64,000 nt of DNA, from positions 13,702,001 through 13,766,000 of the forward strand of contig CM022670.1 of NCBI GenBank assembly GCA_012295275.1. The letters are read 5' to 3'. The first letter of the stretch is position 1. The number at the start of each line of letters is the position of its first letter. Below the pieces are notes generated by a model that was not told the DNA's origin, did no database searches, and saw nothing but the letters and a program-made list of their open reading frames with translations. Below, in pieces: positions 15,097 to 28,049 of this stretch. This DNA is from Chrysomallon squamiferum. Its lineage: Eukaryota > Animalia > Mollusca. The translations under genes were made by a program, and so were the position numbers.

Positions 15097-16118
15097 GGGT
15101 TATGAAAGAAACTATGAGCAACAAACGTGTGTTATGAGACTTACCTTGAACATAAATGAAGCAATACCAGTGGCATTAATAATTATTTCATTTATTTTTT
15201 TATTATTTATTTATTTATTTATTTATTATTATTATTATATACTTTTTTAGCTCCAAATGTTAATAAATATTCATATATATATATACATATATATATATAT
15301 TGTATATGTGTGTTCAAGAAAGCTGATGTAAATTTTTCAAGGAAGGTAATATCTGATCGCTGTGTTGCTAATTAAGCCAGGTTGAGTTTGACTTTGACAT
15401 TGACTTGTTTTTAGCTGACATTTCGGTTTTCTCAAATGAGTTGTAATAAAAGTTTTGTTATGAGTGAAAAAAAGGAGAAATAGAAACCGAGATATACCTA
15501 GGTTTATAAACATACTGCACTGTTAGAATATGCTGGTGGAGTGAACAGCATCTTGCCCTGAAGATGAATTCAGTCATTTGACACTTCTACCCTAGACGGC
15601 ACACTAAGCCGTAACATTTCGATACACAGGTCATTTCAGTCTGAACAAAATGCTGTATGCATTATAAAAATAGGATTATAATTAAGCATTTTATTGTATT
15701 TTAAAATACTGAGAGAAAAAACACAGCAAATTTTTTAATTTCTGATGAGCTGCAAAATCTGACCTCAACATGGGATGAATTTGGAAAAAAAAAAAAAGCA
15801 GCGTGTATGTTAATTATTTCATATCTATGTATTTTGAAGGTTTTTAATTGTAAAATTGTGAAATATGTGAGCTGCCAAAATCAGCATTTTCTCATCTGCG
15901 GCAATAACGTCGTTTGTAAGTTCTCCTAAATGTACTATTTACTAAAACATAAACGAATATATAATCAATTTTACAATCATTAGTTTTGTCCATAGTCAGT
16001 ATGTTATTTAATGTTCCTACTGTTCCTGCCCCAAACCCAAAATACTGAATAATTATGTAAAAATGAGTGATGGTAATAGCACTAGAAGTGGATATAAAGA
16101 TATCTGAACGTTAATAAA

Positions 16119-16202
<84 letters not shown>

Positions 16203-16319
16203 GAGAAAACTGAAATATATCACTGTTGTGAATGCCATTGTTTTAATCATACATATGTTTAGTTTGGTAAAATATCATGACAATTTATAGTTAAAATGTT
16301 TGTTCTTTGTGCATTTCAG

Positions 16320-16495
16320 CGCCCCATCCGCCCCAATTGTCTTATTATATTTTTCACGATTTCGTAAGAATGACCTTTCAACCTGTAAAGCTGAGCCTCG
16401 TTCTTGGGACATTTTCCGGGCTTTTCAAAAGTCAAACAATTTCGAGGAAACCTGAAAAAAAAAAGATTTCGTTAAAACTTGCGTGATGGTACTGT
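16320..16495 (+). promoter_or_regulatory. Probable promoter / non-coding first exon of copy 2
   Basis: Local CpG enrichment in CpG-poor DNA, GC box (CCGCCCC, ~16328), candidate donor ATG|GTACTG near 16489, ~0.8 kb upstream of the acceptor at 17316; conserved upstream of copy 3. Confidence 0.45.
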
Positions 16496-17499
16496 TTTCT
16501 ACAAGTTTAATTTACGTCGTTGAGTTTATTATGAACATTATTTTACATAGTATTCCGAAATAATTCAAAGAAAGTAACAGATTCTGATATTTAAATCATC
16601 TACTTTCACTTTCAACGCATTTATGAACTTTTATTTATTTTTTGAAACTTGTAGCTTAAAGTTCGTAATCTGCGATCTTATTCATAGTAAACTTCAGTAA
16701 ACAAAGCAACAATAACAAAAGCTTGTTTTTAGATATATAAAGGCGAAATGTTTTAATGTTAAATCTACTTTATCACTGCATCTACAGGAAGTTTTTTACT
16801 TTATTAAGTTAATATTTGTTATTAATATACATAAAACTGTTAATGTATATTTAATTAATAATAATAGTAGTGGTAGTAAGAGTAGTATTACTAATTATTT
16901 AGTAGTAGTAGTATTACTAATAATGTAGTAGTAGTAGTAGTAGCAGTAGTAGTAGTAATAATGGATGATTATATTTTATTTATTGAACTGGATCTTGTTT
17001 GTAATTTTTAAAGTGTTTATGTTCTTAGGTTCCAAGTGTTTGTGTATGTATTTATTTGTGTCAGTGTGTGTGTGTGTGTGTGTGTGTTTGTGAATGTATG
17101 TATGTATGTATGTATGCATTATATATTTATTTATCTATATGTATATGTAAGTATGTTTTTATGTATGTGGGTAATTGGTTATGTATATACATATATATTG
17201 TGTGTGTTTATGTATGTGTGTGTCATACATGTTTACTTATATATATACTTGTTTTTTTTGTATCTCTTTCTAGCAATGCATTATTTTAAATACAAACTTT
17301 ACATTTTATATCACAGGTGAAAAAAGAAGAGTGAAATGCTCTGACATTGTTAATGTAAATGAGGAAAAAAGTGAATTAGTGAAAATGCAATCTAACAATG
17401 GAAAACCATGGAAACCTTATCTTTGTAAAAATGATGTTGAGTGGCTGGCTGGGTTCAGCCAAGCACAAAGTACATCAACAGTGGCGGAGATGCTGGACG

Positions 17500-19175
17500 A
17501 TGGGGAAACACTGTTGTGTACACTTTACAGTGAGATTGCTGGAAAGCAGTATAATGAAGGAAAAGTAAGATAAAAAATGTCTTTTGTTATTATTTACATA
17601 TTTATTTAGCAATGAAAGTATAATTGTAGCTGTTATTTAGAAAAATTATACTAAAGTAAAGCAGTGGTGATGTTTGTAAATGTATTTATTTACTTCCAAG
17701 TAATAGTTTTACTTGTTACTAACACCAGCCTTTGCTGATCATAAAGTATAACAAAATGACAAGTATGCATTAAGGTCACTTTTACACACACACACACTCA
17801 CACACACAGATGATCTGTATATGTGTAGGTGTGCAAGGGTGTTTATTGTCATGCTTTATTATTGGCAAAGAATCATTGACAGATAAAAAGTTTGCTTGTC
17901 TGTCTCTGTGTATGTGTGTAAAATGTGTAAAGTGAATAAAAAAAAGGATAAAGTGACCTTATGCACACACACTCACACACACATATATACAGCACACACA
18001 CATGCACACATACACACATGTTTAAATTAAAGAGATAATTCAGATTAATACTTTAGTAGTTTAAAACAGAATAAACTTACAGTTTAAATTAGAGGTAATT
18101 CAAATTAAATTTGTTGATTAAACAAGATACATCATTGTATTTGTAGGTTGGTCACCTCGAAAAAGTAACTCTTCTAAGAGAACCCTTCAACCATTTTGAT
18201 CCCAATGCCATCATGGTGCAAAATAAAGATAAAATAAAAGTGGGATATATTGAGAGAACGAAGGCCAAGCCACTGGCTGAAATCATGGACAAGCAGTTGG
18301 CTAGAATTGAAGCATACGTATATTATGATGATATTTCCAGGCTGGATTTATTACTGCAAGATCTTAACCAACAGAAACTTTACTTTATTTATTTTAGGAT
18401 TCCATTTTTATTATTATAATTGTTTTTGTTATTAGTATTTGTAACTGCTAAAGCATAATTGTAATTCATTTTGAGAAATTTAAATCTAAAAAACCCCCAA
18501 CAAATTACCCATTAAACATTTTTGTTAATTTATTATAGAATATGCTTTCTGGAAATTCTGTATGTTTTTATTCTTTAAAACAGAAAAGGCCAGGTAGGAG
18601 ACCGAGGTAGTCCTTATTATCAAGTGTTGTAGTGAATTAGAATGAGTTATAAAAGTGTTGCACATATCTTGTAAAGGTGATTAGATGCCAGTCTTCTGAG
18701 AGCCTAGTTTTTGTTTGCTAGGGAAATATAAGACAAAACAACAACATCAATAAAAAAGAAAAAGAACACTGTATGTAATAAACAATTTATTGCTCTGATT
18801 CAAAAATCATTTATGTAATTATCATACATAAATTATGAGAACACAGTCAGATCACAATGTGAGCAGCCCTAGGAATGTAGGTATGTGTTTGTTTCTAACA
18901 CTGCAGTCCTACGAAAAGAGAGAATTGAATATCTATCTATATCCATCTATTTATAGACGTGCACATACATATACATATGCATGCATGTATATTAACACAC
19001 ACATATGTTTATTTATGTCTTCATCAGTGTTTTATTTTCATTTTTCAGTACAGTTCAACAAGACATAATTATACCTGGGGTTAATCTGAAAATCTGGTGC
19101 AAGCTAAAAAACTATCACTATGTTTTATTTATCATTCGAAGGCATTCATTACATGTAAATGAGGACTCAGTAGAT
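17500..19175 (+). CDS. HLTF: HIRAN domain exons of copy 2 (equivalent ~41230-42917 in copy 3)
   Basis: IAGKQYNEGK|VGHLEKVTLLREPFNHFDPNAIMVQNKDKIKVGYIERTKAKPLAEIMDKQLARIEA matches the HIRAN signature L-x-R-[DE]-P-x-N-x-[YF]-D-x-N-A-I...VG[HY]. Confidence 0.85.
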
Positions 19176-19303
19176 GTATGTGTTTAATATATCTTTTTGT
19201 GATGAGTACACAAATATAATATTAATAATAAAATTAATAGTTGTAATATTAATAATTATAATAAAAGAAATAATAAAAATAATATGAAGAAGAAGCAGAA
19301 TGC

Positions 19304-19335
<32 letters not shown>

Positions 19336-19691
19336 TTGATGATGATGTAATAATACAAATATTCTCTCTTGTTTAATATATACAAAAATCATAATTGCAC
19401 ACAAAGAGACATATATATATATATATGAAAATTAAAACTTTATTTGTCTGTGTATAAGTAAATAAAAAAATAAATATATTTTTTATTCATCTATTCAGGT
19501 GGACAGATTATTTGAATCTTTACCTGAGGGTGACAAAACATCAATGGCAGAGGCAGCACCAGTCAGTATTGACTAAATTTTGTTATACTTCATATTTAAA
19601 CAATTGTTTCTTTTATATTTTCTCTAAATATCAATATTAATTTTTAATTACTAATTAATTACATGTAAATAAACTCTGACAAGTACATGTG

Positions 19692-19742
<51 letters not shown>

Positions 19743-22700
19743 CTTTTACTCTCACAGTCTTTTTTACTGCTATAAATTAACAAATGTTAAGTTTCTTTAA
19801 ATAAAACATTTTTATTTTCATTATTTTCTTACACTTTCTATAGTCTAAATACTTTATTCATTCTTGCAAGTGATTAATTTGAAATTTCATCCAACCTTTG
19901 CTAATAACAAAAACTGACAATAACATGGCATAGCCAAGTATGTTCTGAACTGATTATTAATCTTCATTGTTGTTCAAAAAGAAATAAAACAATTACAGAA
20001 TTTCAATATATATATATATATATATTTAAATTTTTAAATTCAGTTTTTATTTTTCATTTGCTTCAACATAAATTGATAGACATAAATTTTGGTTTCATTC
20101 TTGTCACATTCTTCCATTCATGAAGTTATTTCACTTGCTAAAATGTCATCTAAAGTTTTCCACAAAGGTGAAAGACACCAAGACTAAATTTTACCCCATC
20201 ATTTTTGTTACAAGATTTTGAAAGTATTGTGTTTATTTTGCAGGCTGTGAAAACAGCACTGTATCCTCATCAGAAACAAGCTTTGCACTGGATGATATCA
20301 TGTGAAAATGATAACATCCTGCCACCATTTTGGGAAGAACAGAGTAATGGGACTTACTACAACACAGTGGATAAATCAACAGTCAAAAAAAGACCCAAAA
20401 GCATCAAAGGAGGTGGTTTAAAATATTATTTATTCCAGACTGTCTCTATCATCCTGAATTAAATTTAGACTATAGAAAAATTTTGAAGTTCTTTTTATTT
20501 ATATACAAAACTTTTTTTTCAGTTTTCTTTTAAACAATAATAAAAAATTTAGATTAAGGCATACTTTTCTTTTAATAAACAGAAAATTGTATTTTAACCA
20601 GCCTTTGCTGATGATAAATACTGACGATTATGTCACAAGTCATCGACAAATCATGTAGTCTGCACTTTTGTTATTTAGCTTGAATTGATAACACATCTTA
20701 CATGGGAAAAAGAAAATCTGAAAAATCAATAGACAAAAACATAAATAAATTAATTATAAAGGTAAAAGAAATAACAGTGTTTTACTCAGTTTTGTTATTA
20801 TCAGACTCAGACAAAGTGCTGCATTTAGCAATCTGTTGAGAATTTTGTTTTAACATTTTTTTTATTTTATTAGAAACTCACAAGATGGAAATGTAAGATA
20901 GCAGACTCCAAGTATCAACAAGGACGTGTTGCATTATCATATTTAATTATTAGGAAACGTTGAACTCCCATCATAAATAAATAAAAACATCAGCTTCATG
21001 GAAGTATATAAAATAGATTAACACTATATTTCTTTTTAAGAAGAAATGATGATAGTATTTAAAATGTACTTAATTTCTTAGTGCCCTGATATGTACACTT
21101 TAACAAGAAACAAAACAATCACTCTGAAGAACACAAAATATATGTACACTATTTAGTAGCACCATTACATAAACTGGTTACTTTAAATAAAGAGTGTGAA
21201 GTAAGAATATTGGATTCAATTGCAGGTCTTCTAGCTGATGACATGGGTTTGGGCAAGACACTGATGATGATTGCCTTGATTCTGACAAACCCTGCTGACA
21301 AGAAACCATTGGTGGAACCAAAGTCAAGCAGTCAAATGCTGCCAGTTCAAATAAAAAAAGAAGTAAGTACAGAAGATTATTCCACATTAACTTTGAACCC
21401 AATATTCACAACAGAGGGGAAAATAACAATAACATTTCCAAAAGAAATACTTGTTTTCTATACTGCTGAACAGAAAATACTGCTAGGAACTTCACAGAAT
21501 TATTTTGCAGATAATTGGTTATAATGATAAAATTAAAGGTACGTCTAGGATTTTAATCATTATGTGATGTAAACTCGCTTTTCTGAGTTGAGAGAAGATT
21601 TAAAAAACATGACAAGTTAACAGAGTATTGTACACTGACCAGGGAAGGATCATATACTGATACTGGCTGATGATAAATAATTTGTTTTTAAATGATAAAT
21701 CAAGGGATATTTTAATCTCTACCTAACCATACAAAAGTGATTAAATATTCACTGTTAATTTGTTATTAAGAAAAATGTAAACCTCTGAAGTGATACAATA
21801 TCTCTCCTTTTGTTAACCTTATATAAAATCAAACAGAAACAATGATGAGAATAAATAACTGCAGATTACCTTTACTAATAATAAAGTATGATATTAATAT
21901 AATAAACACATTAAGAATATTTTCACCTCACTTTTAAACATGTAACATTTTTATAAATCTTACACAGAAATAAAATCACCACTAAAAGTAATTCATTCAT
22001 TTTGTCTTTGTATCTTATTTGTAAAGAAAATATCATCAGTCTATTGGTAGCACTCTGCTGTTCTTCTGTCTGTGTTAAGATGATATCATAAATCATTTTA
22101 CAGTCAGTGTAAACATTATTTAAATTTATTTTCAATTTAATTTTCAGAATCTTTTGGATTTTGCTGAATATGTTGGTAACATGAAAATGGTTAATAATTT
22201 ATCAGATGTTGACCCACATCCCTCAACAAGCAAGACACATGAAGATTGTGAAGTAATTGTAATATCAGATTCTGATGAAGAAGATGGTGGGTAGAATTTA
22301 GCTTTTTATTTAAGCAAATGTAAAGTTAAAAATTAAATTTCAGTAATGTTATAATCAATTAATAATTATAATTTATTAATTGTAATATCAGATTCTGACC
22401 AAGAAGAAGGTGGGTAGAACTTACTTTTTATTTAAGCAATTGTAAAATTGAAAATTAACATTCAGTAATGTTATAATTAATTACAAAGATAGGTTACCAT
22501 GGAAATTAATCTAAAGCATACTGCTACATTTACATTAGCATTTAAATATAACATTTAGCTTGGTAAATAAAATAACTAGTTGTGTCAAAAACAGAATCAG
22601 AGTTTGTTTTTATTTTCAGTTCTCTGCATTTGGATGTGTCCAAAAGATATCATTTTTTAAATCTGAATTTACTTTTTTTTTTTTTTTTGAGAAAGATACT

Positions 22701-23114
22701 GATAAAAATGAACAAGATGATGTGCACAGAACTACCAAAACATTTTCATTGACAGCAAAGTAAATTTTTTTTTTTTTTACTTGCTTTACTATCTATCTGA
22801 TTAGCTGATGGTACATTTGTAAATGTAAGCATTGTATAATCAAAATGCAAGCTTTGTGTAATCAAAATGCAAGCTTTGTATAATTAAATAATTATATATT
22901 ACACAATATATAATGCATTAATCCGTAGAACACATGAATCAGGTTTTAGCTTTATTTTAGCTTTTGTATTATCAGCTTGACTCAGGTCAGTTTCATGGTT
23001 ACCAGGTTGCCTACTTGTCTGAGCTAGATGGAGAATCCTCTGGTTAAACAGCAAGCTAGTTGTCTGTTTAATTTTTTGGCCATTTGTTTGTTAAGTATCT
23101 TTAATATTCATCTC

Positions 23115-25409
23115 CTTAGTGGTTGTCTGGCTTTCTGCTTAGTGGTTGTCTGGCTTTCTGTGTAGCTGTTGTCTGGCTTTCTGCTTAGTTGTTGTCTGGC
23201 TTTCTGCTTAGTGGTTGTCTGCCTTTCTGCTTAGTTGTTGTCTGGCTTTCTGCTTAGTGGTTGTCTGCCTTTCTGCTTAGTTGTTGTCTGGTTATTTACT
23301 TAGTGCTTGTCTGGCTTTCTGCTTAGTTGTTGTCTGGTTATTTACTTAGTGCTTGTCTGGCTTTCTGCTTAGTGGTTGTCTGGCTTTCTGTTTAGTTGTT
23401 GTCTGGCTTTCTGCTTAGTTGTCTGGCTTTCTGCTTAGTGGTTGTCTGCCTTTCTGCTTAGTTGTTGTCTGGCTTTCTGCTTAGTGGTTGTCTGCCTTTC
23501 TGCTTAGTTATTGTCTGGTTATTTACTTAGTGCTTGTCTGGCTTTCTGCTTAGTTGTTGTCTGGTTATTTACTTAGTGCTTGTCTGGCTTTCTGCTTAGT
23601 GGTTGTCTGGCTTTCTGTTTAGTTGTTGTCTGGCTTTCTGCTTAGTTGTTGTCTGGCTTTCTGCTTAGTGGTTGTCTGCCTTTCTGCTTAGTTGTTGTCT
23701 GGCTTTCTGCTTAGTGGTTGTCTGCCTTTCTGCTTAGTTGTTGTCTGGTTATTTACTTAGTGCTTGTCTGGCTTTCTGCTTAGTTGTTGTCTGGTTATTT
23801 ACTTAGTGCTTGTCTGGCTTTCTGCTTAGTGGTTGTCTGGCTTTCTGTTTAGTTGTTGTCTGGCTTTCTGCTTAGTGGTTGTCTGGCTTTCTGCTTTTGT
23901 TGTCTGGTTATTTACTTAGTGCTTGTCTGGCTTTCTGCTTAGTGGTTGTCTGGCTTTCTGTTTAGTTGTTGTCTGGCTTTCTGCTTAGTTGTTGTCTGGC
24001 TTTCTGCTTTAGTGGTTGTCTGCCTTTCTGCTTAGTTGTTGTCTGCCTTTCTGCTTAGTTGTTGTCTGGTTATTTACTTAGTGCTTGTCTGGCTTTCTGC
24101 TTAGTGGTTGTCTGGCTTTCTGTTTAGTTGTTGTCTGGCTTTCTGCTTAGTGGTTGTCTGGCTTTCTGCTTAGTTGTTGTCTGGTTATTTACTTAGTGCT
24201 TGTCTGGCTTTCTGCTTAGTGGTTGTCTGGCTTTCTGTTTAGTTGTTGTCTGGCTTTCTGCTTAGTGGTTGTCTGCCTTTCTGCTTAGTTGTTGTCTGGC
24301 TTTCTGCTTAGTGGTTGTCTGCCTTTCTGCTTAGTTGTTGTCTGGCTTTCTGCTTAGTGGTTGTCTGCCTTTCTGCTTAGTTGTTGTCTGGTTATTTACT
24401 TAGTGCTTGTCTGGCTTTCTGCTTAGTTGTTGTCTGGTTATTTACTTAGTGCTTGTCTGGCTTTCTGCTTAGTGGTTGTCTGGCTTTCTGTTTAGTTGTC
24501 TGGCTTTCTGCTTAGTGGTTGTCTGGCTTTCTGCTTAGTTGTTGTCTGGTTATTTACTTAGTGCTTGTCTGGCTTTCTGCTTAGTGGTTGTCTGGCTTTC
24601 TGTTTAGTTGTTGTCTGGCTTTCTGCTTAGTTGTTGTCTGGCTTTCTGTTTAGTGGTTGTCTGGCTTTCTGCTTAGTTGTTGTCTGGTTATTTACTTAGT
24701 GCTTGTCTGGCTTTCTGCTTAGTGGTTGTCTGGCTTTCTGTTTAGTTGTTGTCTGGCTTTCTGCTTAGTTGTTGTCTGGCTTTCTGCTTAGTGGTTGTCT
24801 GCCTTTCTGCTTAGTTGTTGTCTGCCTTTCTGCTTAGTTGTTGTCTGGTTATTTACTTAGTGCTTGTCTGGCTTTCTGCTTAGTGGTTGTCTGGCTTTCT
24901 GTTTAGTTGTTGTCTGGCTTTCTGCTTAGTGGTTGTCTGGCTTTCTGCTTAGTTGTTGTCTGGTTATTTACTTAGTGCTTGTCTGGCTTTCTGCTTAGTT
25001 GTTGTCTGGTTATTTACTTAGTGCTTGTCTGGCTTTCTGCTTAGTGGTTGTCTGGCTTTCTGTTTAGTTGTTGTCTGGCTTTCTGCTTAGTGGTTGTCTG
25101 CCTTTCTGCTTAGTTGTTGTCTGGCTTTCTGCTTAGTGGTTGTCTGCCTTTCTGCTTAGTTGTTGTCTGGCTTTCTGCTTAGTGGTTGTCTGCCTTTCTG
25201 CTTAGTTGTTGTCTGGTTATTTACTTAGTGCTTGTCTGGCTTTCTGCTTAGTTGTTGTCTGGTTATTTACTTAGTGCTTGTCTGGCTTTCTGCTTAGTGG
25301 TTGTCTGGCTTTCTGTTTAGTTGTTGTCTGGCTTTCTGCTTAGTGGTTGTCTGGCTTTCTGCTTAGTTGTTGTCTGGTTATTTACTTAGTGCTTGTCTGG
25401 CTTTCTGCC
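23115..25409. repeat. 23-bp minisatellite, ~100 units (AGT[G/T]GTTGTCTGGCTTTCTGCTT and variants)
   Basis: Directly visible 2.3-kb array in a copy 2 intron. Confidence 0.97.
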
Positions 25410-25420
25410 TACTGTTTGGC

Positions 25421-26335
25421 TGGTTTTTATGGTTGCATCACTGGCTTGAGTCTACATCTTCAGTTGATGTTAATATATATTTCAATTAGTTGAAATTACT
25501 ATGATAAATAGTTTATTAACATTGATACAGAAATTTAGCAGTCTTTTAACATAATAATTTGATGTCGCAGATCAAACAGAAAACATAGGTTGTCCAGAAT
25601 CACAGACTCGGATGATACAGATGATGATACAGATGATGATATGGTTTTTATGGTTGCATCACTGGCTTGAGTCTACATCTTCAGTTGATATTAATATATA
25701 TTTCAATTGGTTGAAATTACTATGATAAATGTTTTATTAACATTGGTATGGAAATTTAGCAGTATTTTAACATAATAAGTTGATGTTGCAGATCAAACAG
25801 AAAACATAGGTTGTCCAGAATCACTCAGACTCAGATGATACAGATGATGATACAGATGATGATATGGTTTTTATGGTTGCATCACTGGCTTGAGTCTACA
25901 TCTTCAGTTGATATTAATATATATTTCAATTGGTTGAAATTACTATGATAAATGTTTTATTAACATTGGTATGGAAATTTAGCAGTATTTTAACATAATA
26001 AGTTGATGTTGCAGATCAAACAGAAAACATAGGTTGTCCAGAATCACGGACTCAGATGATACAGATGATGATACAGATGATGATATGGTTTTTATGGTTG
26101 CATCACTGGCTTGAGTCTACATCTTCAGTTGATATTAATATATATTTCAATTGGTTGAAATTACTATGATAAATGTTTTATTAACATTGGTATGGAAATT
26201 TAGCAGTATTTTAACATAATAAGTTGATGTTGCAGATCAAACAGAAAACATAGGTTGTCCAGAATCACGGACTCGGATGATACAGATGATGATACAGATG
26301 ATGATACAGATGATGATACTTCTAGAAAGAAACGT
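25421..26335 (+). repeat. ~220-bp x4 tandem duplication containing an acceptor and most of an exon
   Basis: Units start ~25421, 25642, 25865, 26086; exon starts at 25571, 25792, 26015, 26236; only the last has the GTGAGT donor. Confidence 0.92.
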
Positions 26336-27501
26336 GAGTGACAGCTCTGATAATACTGTGAATACTTAGTATACCTGTATGTAACAGATGTAGCAGATGT
26401 TGAAAAAAATAACTTTTGTTTATGGATGATAGAAAATGAATAGAAATAAAATATGGATTCAAGTTCTTTTTTTACAACTGAACTCTGGCAATTTCAGTAT
26501 AAAAAGATGAAAACATGTTATGTTTTATGTGAAGACATAGATGATATATAACACACACACACACACACACACACTCGAAGTCCCATACATATATACACAA
26601 AAACATATTAATCAGATATATATATATACACATATATGTACATATATACACACATACATACACACATCTTTTAAGTTAGGATAATTCTAGAAAATATTAT
26701 TTAAAACAAAAATGATTATGTTGTTTTTTTGTTTAGCTGTGAATTTAACAATGAAAGATATTAAGTCTATTAATTCCACTAAATTAAATATATTCTTCTT
26801 CTTCTTCTTCTTTTTTATTATTATTATTATTGTTGTTGTTATAATTATCATTATTATTATTGTTATAGTTATTATTATTATTGTTGTTGTTGTTAATAGT
26901 GGTAATAGTAGTATTAGTGTTTTTATTTTTATTTTTAAATTTATTATTTTAATAGATCATTTTCAAAACTCCTCTGCCAGAGGCAAAGGTAAAAAGAAAA
27001 GAGTCTGGAGAAATCTATTTCCAGAAAAATCAGAAGTAAGATTTTAAAATTTAACCGAGATTAGCATAAGTATAAGAATGGCTGAACAAATAATGTGAAA
27101 AATATTCTATTATTTAAAGCAGACAGTTTTTAATAACATTTTCACACTTATCTGTGCTGATGTGGCAGTGGAGTGCTCAGATAAAATAAGAGGAAACCAG
27201 CAAGGAATCGTTTGCTTGCACATTATATTACGTGCCAAAGCCTTTTAAGATTCAACTAGTTAGCATTTAATTTTAATAAATGACAGAAGTGTGTTTTGAT
27301 GTTAAATTGTTGATGTCTAATGTATTTCAGAGCAAGAGATATAGTGAAGATTCTGATGATCTCCCTTCTGCTAGCAATTCACCAATCTCAAACCAAATAT
27401 GTGACAGTGACAGCTGCAGTAAGTAAATGACAAAGACAAAACATAAATTAAAAATAAGCATTAAGAAGAAACTCACATAAATGCACACATGCACATACAC
27501 A

Positions 27502-27543
<42 letters not shown>

Positions 27544-28002
27544 ATATTTAGATCACTAGATATGAAATGGGAAAGGAAATCAACACACACACACACACAC
27601 ACACACAGAGGCAAACATGCACACAGAAATGCATCTTAATATATTTAGGTGATGATTATATTCCCTATATAATTCCAGTCAAAAATGATGATTTACCATT
27701 ACTGGAATCTGTGAAAGATTGTGATGAACTTCTGTCAAATGAAGAAGATGCAGTGACATGTAGTGAAGGTAGGTAGTAACTGGACATTAGATATTTATTT
27801 TCCTTTTAATTTCTCTTTGAATATTTCCTCTAACCCTGATAAAATAACAATACAGTATTACATTCTTTAGAATTTACACAGTAGTTAATCAGTAGAATGT
27901 TTTTAAATTATTAAGACTTAAAAAATAATAGTTTTCATCAAGTTTTTAGGTTTTTAAACTGAAAAATAAATGTTAAATCTATTAATCCCACTAAATTGAA
28001 TA

Positions 28003-28049
<47 letters not shown>

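Noticed and set aside
15555-15645. Possible Penelope-type hammerhead ribozyme (minus strand CTGAAATGA...CGAAA)
   Set aside because: Core is not CUGANGA and helices could not be formed convincingly.
16053-17320. Poly-Leu/Ile/Cys-Val ORFs here and throughout the ORF track
   Set aside because: Translations of (AAT)n, (TG)n and (TA)n microsatellites.
18314-19048. AT-AC minor-spliceosome intron explaining the AT donor
   Set aside because: No ATATCCTT 5' consensus, intron ends in AG, and the paralog has GT.
23115-25409. CRISPR-like or telomeric array
   Set aside because: Contiguous 23-bp units without unique spacers, no cas genes, eukaryotic intron; TTAGT is not a TTAGG(G) telomere repeat.
26995-27020. 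Cyclin-docking RxL motif (RNLF) in copy 2 linker
   Set aside because: Very short motif, absent (INLF) in copies 1 and 3; chance occurrence likely.
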